From contig CAURGM010000001.1 of assembly GCA_963524395.1 (NCBI GenBank), positions 26,013 through 90,012 on the forward strand: a stretch of DNA of 64,000 nt. The letters run 5' to 3'. This DNA is from an uncultured Campylobacter sp. GTDB taxonomy: Bacteria; Campylobacterota; Campylobacteria; Campylobacterales; Campylobacteraceae. Under the pieces are notes generated by a model. The model saw only the letters and a program-made list of their open reading frames with translations. It ran no database searches and was not told the origin of the DNA. Made by a program: the position numbers and the translations under genes. Numbering within the stretch: the stretch's first letter is position 1; each line of letters starts with the position of its first letter. Shown one piece after another: positions 8,295-17,344 of this stretch.

Positions 8295-8607
8295 CATGGT
8301 AAGCGAAAGGGCAATTTTATTGATGGCGCTAGGTTCATTGCAGGCATTGGAGCACCAGGCGATTACCATAGATGAAAGCCAAAGAATTTTGTTTTCGCCC
8401 TATATTTCAACGCATTTGGAAAACAATAAAGTTAGCAAGCGTGTCATAGATATAATAACTGAATGTTGCGAACTAGAGGATATTTTCGAGATAATTCCTA
8501 CAAAATATATACAAACCTTACGAATATTGCAAAATAGAATAATAAAAATTTTAAAGCGATACGATGAAGAATCTGGAAAAAGATGGGTAATTATAGATAA
8601 AGAATAA
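8272..8607 (+). CDS. Small hypothetical protein (cargo 3); start uncertain (8242, 8272 or 8296)
   Basis: ORF overlapping the end of cargo 2. GGAG lies 8 nt upstream of ATG 8272. Confidence 0.45.
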   Translation: MILEKNIDMVSERAILLMALGSLQALEHQAITIDESQRILFSPYISTHLENNKVSKRVIDIITECCELEDIFEIIPTKYIQTLRILQNRIIKILKRYDEESGKRWVIIDKE

Positions 8608-9013
8608 GCTTCCATGACTTCCGTCTTTGCGAGCAGGCGAACGGATAAATAAAATTTGACTCAAGATAAGTTAAAAACTTTCAAGGAATTTTTAACTTTT
8701 CTTGAACCTTTAAAATTTTAACGTCACGATAGAAACTCTGTGTAAATTTAAGTCCTTTCAATACTTTATAATGCTATTAACAAGATCGGCGACACAATAT
8801 AAATCATAGATTTTAGATGAATCGGCAAATTTTACAGTTTAAAGAGTTTAATGTATCTTATTTGATGACTTTATGAATTTTAAGCTATTAGTTTAAAAAT
8901 AAATTTAGTAGATAAAATCCTCTGATTTAGATAAAACACATTTTTCTTATACCGCAATGAAGACAAGAGTAAAATTTTGAAGCCACGATGCTGTGATATA
9001 AATTTAAAGATAT

Positions 9014-9088
<75 letters not shown>

Positions 9089-9129
9089 ATACAAGAAGCG
9101 CAAATGAATTTTAAAACAGCATTCGCGAT

Positions 9130-9204
9130 TGGATGGGGTAGGAGGATTCGAACCTCCGAATGATTGGACCAAAACCAATTGCCTTGCCGCTTGGCTATAC
9201 CCCA
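9130..9204 (-). tRNA. tRNA-Gln (anticodon TTG)
   Basis: Reverse complement is TGGGGTATAGCCAAGCGGCAAGGCAATTGGTTTTGGTCCAAT...TTCGAATCCTCCTACCCCATCCA. Cloverleaf with loop TTTTGGT. Confidence 0.9.
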
Positions 9205-9327
9205 TCAAAAAAAGACTTTAATTATACAAAAACTGTAACTAAAAGTCAAGATTATTTTTAAATATACCAATAATTAATAAATAATTCTCAGAAAGATTAA
9301 ATTATACAAAATTTTATATTTACACAA

Positions 9328-9360
9328 ATAAAAAAAGGCTCTAGCAAAAGCTAGAGCCTT
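9328..9360 (-). terminator. Rho-independent terminator downstream of the pilin-like gene
   Basis: GGCTCTAGC-AAAA-GCTAGAGCC hairpin (9337-9358), followed on the minus strand by a T-run. Confidence 0.7.
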
Positions 9361-9383
9361 AAAGCTATATCTACACTAAAATA

Positions 9384-9797
9384 TTAGTTATAGTTAACGT
9401 TTTTACCACCAAATTTTAGACCAGTATCTGCATCAATTCTAGTTTTAATTTGTGATAGACCTGGCATACTCCATACTTGACCGCATAATCCAGTATCGTT
9501 CACAGTTACAGATATTGTATCATTACCAGCAGTAGGAGTGTTAGCCGTAAAGCAAGCTAGTGATTTAACTTTTACTGGATTAGCAACATTTGTCATAGTG
9601 CTAACAGTAGTAGAGAAATTTCCTTGAGATGTATAATATGCACCTAAATCTGTTACCATAGTTTGAATATTGCTAGCTGCCTTAGAAACCTCAGCATCAT
9701 CACGAGTAGCTGCAAGTCTTGGAATAGCAACAGCTGCCAAAATACCTAAAATAACGATAACGAAGATCAACTCGATCATAGTAAAACCTTTTTTCAT
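9384..9797 (-). CDS. Prepilin-type N-terminal cleavage/methylation domain protein (type IV pilin or pseudopilin)
   Basis: MKKGFTMIELIFVIVILGILAAVAIPRL is a canonical class III signal peptide (G/FTxxE). Confidence 0.85.
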   Translation of the reverse strand: MKKGFTMIELIFVIVILGILAAVAIPRLAATRDDAEVSKAASNIQTMVTDLGAYYTSQGNFSTTVSTMTNVANPVKVKSLACFTANTPTAGNDTISVTVNDTGLCGQVWSMPGLSQIKTRIDADTGLKFGGKNVNYN

Positions 9798-10081
9798 GGT
9801 TTACTCCTTAAATAAAATTCATCCCGCATACCTATATGCGAAACTTGGCAGAATTATAGAGAAAAATTTAAAAATTGTCAATAGTTTTTAGCAAATTTTT
9901 TACAATTTATTTATAAAGTCCGATTTTGCGGGCATTTTAAAATCAAAATTTTAAGTCCGCCTCGTTCTATTTGATGTATTTTGACGGCGCCTTGCACATT
10001 AAAATTAATAGCATAAATTAAATACTTATTCTCACGTTTCCACGCGCCGCCCAATAAACCCTATCTATTAGCGATACGGGA

Positions 10082-11254
10082 CTACAATCCGTATCGCTTA
10101 GTCAAAATTTCATAGTTCTCTACGCGTCTATCGCGCAAAAACGGCCACCAACGGCGCACGTTTTCGCATCTTTGCATATCGATCGCTACGACTTCGCATA
10201 GCTCGTCGGTGCTGTTTGCGCGAAATAGCTGCTCGCCCTGCGCGCCAAAAACAAAGCTATTACCCCAAAACCTAATCCCTTCTTCGCTGACAAGCTGGTC
10301 CACGCGCTGTTTATTCGGCAGCACCTCTAAAGTTTCGCCGTTAAATTTAATCTCTATAGAAATTTTTAAATTCTCTCGCGCCGCCTCATTTTTCGCGGGC
10401 AAAATTTCGCCGCCGATCGCCATTTTGCCGCCACCCGTTAGCGCCTCGTTATTAAAGGATAAAATTCCGCCCTCGCTTAAAATTTTACTCTCGCTGCTCA
10501 CATCCGCGGAGCGCGAAATTTTATCGCGCATATTCAAATTTGCTTCACTCCCGGATAAAATTTCATCCGGTGAGATCTCGCTAAGCGCGGCGCTTTCAAA
10601 ACCCACGCGATTTACGGCGACTACGGGTAGAGAGTTTGCCACTACATGCCCGCGCTGTACCGCAACCCAAGCCTCCAGCTGACGCGCTTTTTCGTCCTCG
10701 CCGTCGCCGTCGAACCACCCGATCGCGGTCGGATATATGAGCAGCTCGGCACCGCGTAGCGCCATCGCGCGCGCCGCTTCTGGATACCACTGATCCCAGC
10801 ACACCAGCACGCCGAGCCGCCCCACGCTCGTATCTATGGGCTCAAAGCCCAGATCGCCCGGCGTGAAATAAAATTTTTCGTAAAACTGCGGATCGTCGGG
10901 AATATGCATCTTGCGATACCGACCCGCGATAGAGCCGTCGCGCTCGAAGACCACGGCGGTATTGTGATACAGCCCCGCGGCGCGGCGCTCAAAAAGCGAG
11001 CTTACCAGCACGACGCCAAATCTCTTCGCCACCTCGCTCCACAGCCGCAAATCGCGCTCAAAATCCTGCGCGTAGTCGAAATTTTCGGTATTTTCGCGCT
11101 GGCAAAAATAATGCGTCTGATGAAGCTCTTGCAAAACGATTAACTGCGCACCTTTCGCCGCCGCACGCGCGATGAGCTCGATACTGCGCGCTATCGTGCG
11201 CGCTTTAGTTCCTTCAAATTTATGCGAAATCAGCCCAACTTTTAAAATTTTCAT
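10082..11254 (-). CDS. aguB: N-carbamoylputrescine amidase (carbon-nitrogen hydrolase) with a ~100-aa internal insertion
   Basis: Nitrilase-superfamily triad context (LQELH, YRKMH, VCWDQWYPE). Adjacent to the agmatine deiminase gene. Confidence 0.8.
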   Translation of the reverse strand: MKILKVGLISHKFEGTKARTIARSIELIARAAAKGAQLIVLQELHQTHYFCQRENTENFDYAQDFERDLRLWSEVAKRFGVVLVSSLFERRAAGLYHNTAVVFERDGSIAGRYRKMHIPDDPQFYEKFYFTPGDLGFEPIDTSVGRLGVLVCWDQWYPEAARAMALRGAELLIYPTAIGWFDGDGEDEKARQLEAWVAVQRGHVVANSLPVVAVNRVGFESAALSEISPDEILSGSEANLNMRDKISRSADVSSESKILSEGGILSFNNEALTGGGKMAIGGEILPAKNEAARENLKISIEIKFNGETLEVLPNKQRVDQLVSEEGIRFWGNSFVFGAQGEQLFRANSTDELCEVVAIDMQRCENVRRWWPFLRDRRVENYEILTKRYGL

Positions 11255-11274
11255 ATTTTTCCTTCGATCTAAAT

Positions 11275-12267
11275 TTAAAGTTTAAATTTATTCATGCACG
11301 AGCAGTGCAGCGAGCCGTTTTGGCGGATGAAAACGCGCGCATTCACTCCCACTACTTCGCGATCCGCGCATGCCGTACGCAGACGCGACAGCGCCAGCTC
11401 GTCCGCCGCGCGATTTGGATCATGCGGATCTGCGGGGTCTGCGTAGGTAGGTACGATGAGCGCGCCGTTTAAAAAGACGAAATTTGCATACGTCGCAGGC
11501 AGCCTACGCCCCTGATAAAGGATCGCGCGCGGGATCGGCAGTTCGATCACGTCGTATCCGAGCGATAAAATTTCATTCCTCATCGCGCCAAGCTCTGCAT
11601 AGTGTAGATCGCTCGGATCGTCGCACGACGAAATAGCCACAGTGCGCGGGTTTAGAAAGCGCGCGAGGGTATCGACGTGACTATCGGTGTCGTCGCCTTT
11701 GATGAAGCCGCGTCCCAGCCAGATTATGTTTCTTAGGCCGAAAATTTCACGCAGCCGCGCGTCCAGCTCGGCCTTGCTAAGGGAGTTGCGATTTTCATTC
11801 AGCAAACACGCGCTGGTAGTTAGCATCGTGCCCGCGCCGTCAAAATCGACGCTACCGCCTTCTAAGATCAGATCTACGTCTCGCAGCGGGCGCTCGCTCG
11901 CGGCGTAAAGCTTGGAATTTAACGCGTCGTCCTTGGCGCTTGCAAATTTGCCGCCCCAGGCGTTGAAACGAAAATTTAGTCCCGTGATTTTGCCGCCCTC
12001 CTCCACGTCGATCGCGCCGTAATCGCGGATCCATGTATCGTCGGTGTCGATTTGCGCGAAGTTGACGTTTGCTAAGCCGCCGCAAATTTGCTCAAAATCC
12101 TCGCGGCTCGGCGCGATCGCGACGATAGGCTCAAACCTCGCTGCGGCGGCGATAAAGTCGCGATAAGCCGCCCGTATCTCGCCTAAATACGGCGCCCAGT
12201 CGGTACCTGTGTGCGGCAAAGACACCAAAAGCGCCTCTTGCTCTTCCCATTCGGCGAATGCTCTCAT
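11275..12267 (-). CDS. aguA: Agmatine deiminase
   Basis: PAD_porph-type motifs (TWIRDYG, DTDSHVD, GSLHC at the C-terminus). 330 aa. Confidence 0.8.
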   Translation of the reverse strand: MRAFAEWEEQEALLVSLPHTGTDWAPYLGEIRAAYRDFIAAAARFEPIVAIAPSREDFEQICGGLANVNFAQIDTDDTWIRDYGAIDVEEGGKITGLNFRFNAWGGKFASAKDDALNSKLYAASERPLRDVDLILEGGSVDFDGAGTMLTTSACLLNENRNSLSKAELDARLREIFGLRNIIWLGRGFIKGDDTDSHVDTLARFLNPRTVAISSCDDPSDLHYAELGAMRNEILSLGYDVIELPIPRAILYQGRRLPATYANFVFLNGALIVPTYADPADPHDPNRAADELALSRLRTACADREVVGVNARVFIRQNGSLHCSCMNKFKL

Positions 12268-12331
12268 TTTTGCTCCAAGATTAAAATTTCACGGATTATA
12301 GCGAAGCTCGGTTTAAAAAGATATTTGTGGA

Positions 12332-12408
12332 TGGTGCGCCCGGAGGAATTCGAATCCCCGACCTTTTGAACCGCAATCAAATGCTCTATCCAGCTGAGCT
12401 ACGAGCGC
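12332..12408 (-). tRNA. tRNA-Arg (anticodon read as GCG)
   Basis: Reverse complement is GCGCTCGTAGCTCAGCTGGATAGAGCATTTGATTGCGGTTCAAAAGGTCGGGGATTCGAATTCCTCCGGGCGCACCA. Cloverleaf with loop TTGCGGT. Confidence 0.8.
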
Positions 12409-13081
12409 ACGAAATAAAAGAAACGGGATTATAGCGTTTTTAGCTTAAATTTAGCAAAAAAACCGAAGTAAATTTTAACGCAGCGGCAAATCTGGCACAA
12501 GCGCGACGGCTCTGGCGCGATCGCATAAAATTTTAAATCGAGTATCTGCTGCGGATCGCCGTATAATTCGCGCCGCGAGATTAAATTTTAAAATTTTGCG
12601 CTACTTTTAAATTTTATGCGGCGGCACAGCGACGACGCAAGACGGCAGACGCAACCAGAAATCGCAAGCTGCACGCGCCTATCACGATAAACGAGATGCG
12701 ATCTAAACGGCGTCGGCATTATCGAGCCAAAACCTCGCCTTGATATGCCCAAATAAGATTCGCCGCCGTAAAGATCGGCAGTATGAATCAATACTATTGT
12801 GCGCAGTATCGCAATGTACTCGATTGCGGCCAAAAAGCTATCCCGCAAGCAGCGCATAAATTTAATCCGCTTCGCAAAACGTTCAAATTTAAAAATCCGT
12901 TTCGCCAAAAACTTCTAAATTTAAGAAATCCGTTCCATTAAAACATTCAAAATTTAAAAACTCGCGGCTGCCTCGCGCACGAACGTGAAATCACGAAATC
13001 ACGAAAAATAAGCCGAACTCGCGCATAATAAATAAAATTTAAATACTTTTTTGCTACCATAACGCAAATTTAAATAGGGGT

Positions 13082-14401
13082 ATGCAAATGAATAAACGAA
13101 GTTTCTCGTCGCGCTGGGCTTTCATCATCGCCTGCGTGGGCTCTGCCGTGGGTATGGCAAACGTTTGGGGCTTCCCCTACAAACTCGGCACGAACGGCGG
13201 CGGCGCGTTTTTGCTGATCTATCTATTTTTTATCGCGCTGTTTTCCTATGCGGGGCTTAGCGCCGAGTACGCCATCGGACGCCGCGCCAGAACGGGCACT
13301 CTGGGCTCTTACGAATACGCGTGGAAAAGCCGCGGTCTGGGCACCATCGGCAAGATCATCGGCTGGCTGCCGCTTGCGGGCTCGCTGTGTATCGCCATCG
13401 GCTACGCAGTCATTATCTCATACGTGCTTAAAGCCCTAGCGCAGGCCATAGACGGCTCTTTGATGAGCGTGGATACGAACACCTGGTTCGAATCCTTCGC
13501 GCTAACGCCCTATTCGGTCGTGCCGTTTCACTTCATAGTCGTTGCGGGCACGCTTTTTACGCTGTTTTTCGGCGCGCACAGTATCGAAAAAACCAACAAA
13601 ATCATGATGCCGCTATTTTTCATACTTTTTGCGGTACTCGCAGTCAAGGTCGCCACGCTACCAGGCTCGGGCGCGGGGTATAAATTTCTATCCACGCCCG
13701 ATTTCGGCAAGCTCAGCGATCCGATGGTGTGGATATCTGCGATGGGGCAGGCGTTTTTCTCGCTTTCGATCACGGGCTCGGGTATGATCGTCTACGGCGC
13801 GTATCTGCCTAAAAACGAAGACGTCGTCTCGGCTGCGAAAAATACGGCGTTTTTCGACACGCTTGCGGCGATGGTGGCCGCGCTAGTGATGATCCCTGCG
13901 GTCTTTGCGTATCACACCGATCCCGCCGCGGGTCCGGGGCTGCTTTTTGTGACGCTGCCTAAAATTTTACAAGATATGATCGGCGGGCAAATTTTTGCGA
14001 TCATCCTCTTTACGGCGGTGATCTTCGGCGGAATTTCATCACTTCAAAATATGTTTGAAGTCGTCGCCGAGTCCTTGATGCATAAATTTCCGCGCCTGAA
14101 CCGCACCTGCACGCTCGTGCTTTTGTGCGTGATCTGCTTCGGCGTGGGCGTGAATATGGAAGCGATCGTCAAATGGGGGCCGTGGATGGACTTCGTATCG
14201 ATCTACATCATCCCGATCGGCGCGGTCATCGGCGCGGTTTCGTGGTTTTGGGTGATCAAAAAAGATGAAATTTTAGATGAAGTAAATTCGGGCGCATCCA
14301 AGCGGTACGGCGCGTTTTGGTACAACACGGGGCGATTTTTATACGTGCCGCTGGCGATGTTGCTTTGCATAATCGCGCTAAGCATGCATATTTCGTTTTG
14401 A
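13082..14401 (+). CDS. Sodium-dependent transporter, NSS/SNF family
   Basis: GSAVGMANVWGFPYKLGTNGGGAFL is the NSS signature. About 11-12 TM segments. Alternative start at 13088. Confidence 0.8.
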   Translation: MQMNKRSFSSRWAFIIACVGSAVGMANVWGFPYKLGTNGGGAFLLIYLFFIALFSYAGLSAEYAIGRRARTGTLGSYEYAWKSRGLGTIGKIIGWLPLAGSLCIAIGYAVIISYVLKALAQAIDGSLMSVDTNTWFESFALTPYSVVPFHFIVVAGTLFTLFFGAHSIEKTNKIMMPLFFILFAVLAVKVATLPGSGAGYKFLSTPDFGKLSDPMVWISAMGQAFFSLSITGSGMIVYGAYLPKNEDVVSAAKNTAFFDTLAAMVAALVMIPAVFAYHTDPAAGPGLLFVTLPKILQDMIGGQIFAIILFTAVIFGGISSLQNMFEVVAESLMHKFPRLNRTCTLVLLCVICFGVGVNMEAIVKWGPWMDFVSIYIIPIGAVIGAVSWFWVIKKDEILDEVNSGASKRYGAFWYNTGRFLYVPLAMLLCIIALSMHISF

Positions 14402-14442
14402 GTTAAATTTAGAATTCTAGGCGCCGATACGAAGGAGAGAAA

Positions 14443-15066
14443 ATGAAGCAAGTATTTTTAGCGTTTGCGCTGTGGCTCGGTTTTGGCGGGGCTGCTTTTG
14501 CAGCGCAAGATACGGAGCTGAGCGAGGCACAAGGACAAAATTCCGCGGAAGTTAAAATTTTAAGCGACGGGTTTTTTAAGCTGTCCGCAAGAGAATACGC
14601 GAATGCAGTCGGTCGCTGTGTTACTTCCCATATTTACGATGATTGTGACAAAATTTACTCACTAGAAATTTCACGACTTATAAAGGAGTGCGGTTTCGGC
14701 GATGGGAGATATAGCGCTTGTCAGAGCTTATTAAGTATCGCGGATAAGCGTTGCTTTGAAAAAGATCAAATTGAAAATTTATTAGCATGCAGCTTGTCCG
14801 GAGAAATTTTAGTTAAAACAAATAAGATCGAAACTGGATTAAAGCGATTAATAAGAGCTTGCGAGATAGGCAAGATAGGGGATTCTTGTTTGCTCTGTGC
14901 AATAACCCATTTTTATTACTCTTTAGATATAAACGAGGTAATAAAATATATGACAATGACGCGAGATCTAGCGTATGATAAAGAACATTTCAATAAAATC
15001 ATCAAAAAATTGCAAGATTGTAAAGCCGACAAAGAGTGCAATCCCGCGAAATTAGAATTTCAATAA
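14443..15066 (+). CDS. Secreted cysteine-rich protein (possibly degenerate Sel1/Hcp-like repeats)
   Basis: Signal peptide MKQVFLAFALWLGFGGAAFA. Paired Cys motifs such as ACEIGKIGDSC. Confidence 0.45.
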   Translation: MKQVFLAFALWLGFGGAAFAAQDTELSEAQGQNSAEVKILSDGFFKLSAREYANAVGRCVTSHIYDDCDKIYSLEISRLIKECGFGDGRYSACQSLLSIADKRCFEKDQIENLLACSLSGEILVKTNKIETGLKRLIRACEIGKIGDSCLLCAITHFYYSLDINEVIKYMTMTRDLAYDKEHFNKIIKKLQDCKADKECNPAKLEFQ

Positions 15067-15133
15067 GCAAACGGCGATATAGCAAATACGGCGGGCTAAA
15101 TTTCTAAATTTAAAAAGCAAAGGAAAGATCGCT

Positions 15134-15475
15134 ATGGCGGATAGGCTGATCGACATCGGACTCATTTTGTTTTTCGGCGGCTTTGGCTTTGTATGCTATA
15201 TAAACGGCGTATTGGGCATCGGCAAAGACTATATGCAGCGCAGTAAAATAGACTTCGTGCGCTGGATGTTTAGTCCAAAGCACATCTTGCGATCCAATAC
15301 GCCGTTTGATTCGAGCGAGCCGCTAGAATTAAAATTTAAAGAGCCCAAAAGCAAACACATAATCTACAATTTCTTCGAGTTCATCATCCATTATGCGATA
15401 ATCGCGCCATTTTTAGTGATCTATGCAGGGATTTTCATATTTTGCGCGGGGCTAGCCATTAAAATTTTATCCTAA
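15134..15475 (+). CDS. Small membrane protein, hypothetical
   Basis: 113-aa ORF with N- and C-terminal hydrophobic helices. RBS AAGGAAAG lies upstream. Confidence 0.45.
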   Translation: MADRLIDIGLILFFGGFGFVCYINGVLGIGKDYMQRSKIDFVRWMFSPKHILRSNTPFDSSEPLELKFKEPKSKHIIYNFFEFIIHYAIIAPFLVIYAGIFIFCAGLAIKILS

Positions 15476-15880
15476 ATTTAAAATTTGCGACGCGGATGCA
15501 TAGCGGGCATTGCATAGACGCCGTTTTCGTTGCAGAATTTTAAATTTTACGCCGCATCTCTTGCTAAGCACGCTACACTTATTATATTTTAAGAGATAAA
15601 ATTTCAAAATTTCATCCCCAAATTCACGACTTGCGAATTTTATGCCGTGATTTCCGTTTCTATCGGGGCGGGAAGGGGTTGCGAGGTCACACTTCTCGCA
15701 GAGGTCGCGCTGCCCCGTAGCACCGTGTTGCTCTGCTCGCTCGCAAACCCCACCTAACCCTCTACAACGCTATATGGACGAGCTGCACTCGCGTTAAATT
15801 CTTTCTATTGCGACTACGCCGCATGAAATTCTTTAGAGGTAAATTTTTATCGTATTTGGAATTTTAAAATTCCATCCGTA

Positions 15881-16200
15881 GCCGCCAAGCCAATTTATCC
15901 GCCGATAAATCATCAAACCGCCAAGCCGTCCGCCGATCGTCAAGCTTCCGCTCAACCGCAAACTAAACTAGCCGCCAGCCAAACCGATCGGCAACCGACC
16001 GATTGAAAATCGATCGTCTAGCCGCCAAATTTATCGATAGCGGAGCCGTATAAAACCGAACGACCGCCAAAAGCAGTAGCCACAGACTAGAGAAGCGCGC
16101 ACCCGAGTTACAAAACGACTGACCGCCGAACCGATATACCGCCGACCGATCGGCAGCCGAGCCGTATAAAACTAACCGACCGCCGAGCCAAAGCCCTAGC
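15881..16200 (+). repeat. Strand-asymmetric C/A-rich tract with many CCGCC(A/G)A units
   Basis: About 14 CCGCC-containing units. The longer unit AGCCGTATAAAAC(C/T)(G/A)ACCGACCGCC appears twice. No ORF of 60 aa or more. Confidence 0.6.
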
Positions 16201-16205
16201 TCGCG

Positions 16206-17279
16206 TTATTCTACGTAAATTTTATAATCCCCGTAGCCTAGCGCGTCCATCTCCTCAAGCGGGATAAATTTCAAACTCGCGCCGTTGATGCAGTATCTCA
16301 TACCGCCCTTCTCTCTCGGTCCGTCATCAAAGACGTGCCCTAAATGGCTGCCTCCTACGCGGCTGGAGACCTCGACGCGCTGCATGCCGTGGCTGTCATC
16401 TTGCGCATAGGCGATCGCATCGGTCGTTATCGGCTTTGAAAAGCTCGGCCAGCCGGTGCCGGAGTTGTATTTATCGGTAGAGGAAAAGAGCGGTTTTTTC
16501 GACACGATGTCGACGTAGATGCCCTTTTTATAATTCTTGTCGTATTCGCTAGAAAACGGCTGCTCGGTCGCCTTTTCCTGCGTGACTTGATACTGAAGCT
16601 CGGTCAAATTTTTCTTCAGCTCCTCCTTACTTTGCACTTTAAATTTTTCATCATCCTCAAGCGGCTTTTTAGCAAGGCGCAGATCGATGTGGCAATATCC
16701 GCCAGGGTTTTTACCGAGATAGTCCTGATGATACTCCTCGGCGCGGACAAAATTCCTTAGCGGCGCCACTTCTACGGCGATCTTTTCTTTAAATTTTGCC
16801 TGCTGCGCCGCTATGAAAAAGCGCGCCAGCTCGCCGCTCGCCTCGTCGGCATAGTAGATGCCCGTGCGGTATTGGCGCCCGCGGTCATTACCCTGCTTGT
16901 CGATCGAAAACGGATCGATGATGCGGAAATAATGCGCCAAAATTTCAGGTTCGCTGATGATGTTTGCGTCGTATTTTAAGTGTAGCGTCTCGGCATGATC
17001 GCTGCTATGCAGCCCTTCGTAGCTTGCCTTATCGCTCTTGCCGTTGGCGTAGCCTACCTGCGTCGCGACTATGCCGTCGAGCTGTTTGTAATACGCCTCC
17101 ATGCCCCAAAAGCAGCCGCCTGCTAGATAAATTTCTTTTACGTTTGCGTTCACGCCGCCTCCTTTAACTTTAAAATTTGCGTCCGACGCACCGGCGCTAC
17201 TGCCGCCTGCAGCATTGAGCGCGACTAAATAACCCGCCGCCAAAGCAAAGAGGCAGATTAAAACTTTAGAAATTTTCAT
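16206..17279 (-). CDS. msrAB: Bifunctional peptide methionine sulfoxide reductase MsrA/MsrB, secreted
   Basis: [11 protein letters not shown] (MsrA), plus GWPSF and RYCINGASL (MsrB). Signal peptide present. Start set at ATG 17279 with an AAAGGA RBS. Confidence 0.85.
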   Translation of the reverse strand: MKISKVLICLFALAAGYLVALNAAGGSSAGASDANFKVKGGGVNANVKEIYLAGGCFWGMEAYYKQLDGIVATQVGYANGKSDKASYEGLHSSDHAETLHLKYDANIISEPEILAHYFRIIDPFSIDKQGNDRGRQYRTGIYYADEASGELARFFIAAQQAKFKEKIAVEVAPLRNFVRAEEYHQDYLGKNPGGYCHIDLRLAKKPLEDDEKFKVQSKEELKKNLTELQYQVTQEKATEQPFSSEYDKNYKKGIYVDIVSKKPLFSSTDKYNSGTGWPSFSKPITTDAIAYAQDDSHGMQRVEVSSRVGGSHLGHVFDDGPREKGGMRYCINGASLKFIPLEEMDALGYGDYKIYVE

Positions 17280-17344
17280 TTTGATCCTTTCGTTTTGAAT
17301 TTTGCGCAATTTTACAATCTCTAAATGAAGCGAGAGTGAAAGAG

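Larger units (their letters stand above)
1..8900. mobile_element. Integrated mobilizable element (relaxase + primase + RepA-like helicase + Xis/AlpA + XRE repressor + cargo). The left end lies outside the window and the right end is next to tRNA-fMet.
   Basis: AT-rich relative to the flanking core genome. Gene content is typical of IME/plasmid-like islands. The 3' end of tRNA-fMet (9014) faces the island. No integrase is seen in the window. Confidence 0.6.

Noticed and set aside
1-8900. Prophage
   Set aside because: No capsid, terminase, tail or lysis genes are present. The relaxase/primase/helicase content fits an integrative mobilizable or plasmid-derived element instead.
12588-12908. 106-aa ORF in the tRNA-Arg / NSS transporter intergenic region
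   Set aside because: It is Arg/Cys-rich, has no RBS and lies in AAATTT-repeat intergenic DNA. It is likely a chance ORF in GC-rich sequence.
15660-15760. Long hairpin GGGGTTGCGAG...CTCGCAAACCCC as a small RNA or terminator
   Set aside because: It has a single 11-bp stem with a loop of about 55 nt, no T-run and no second copy seen. The evidence is too weak to call.
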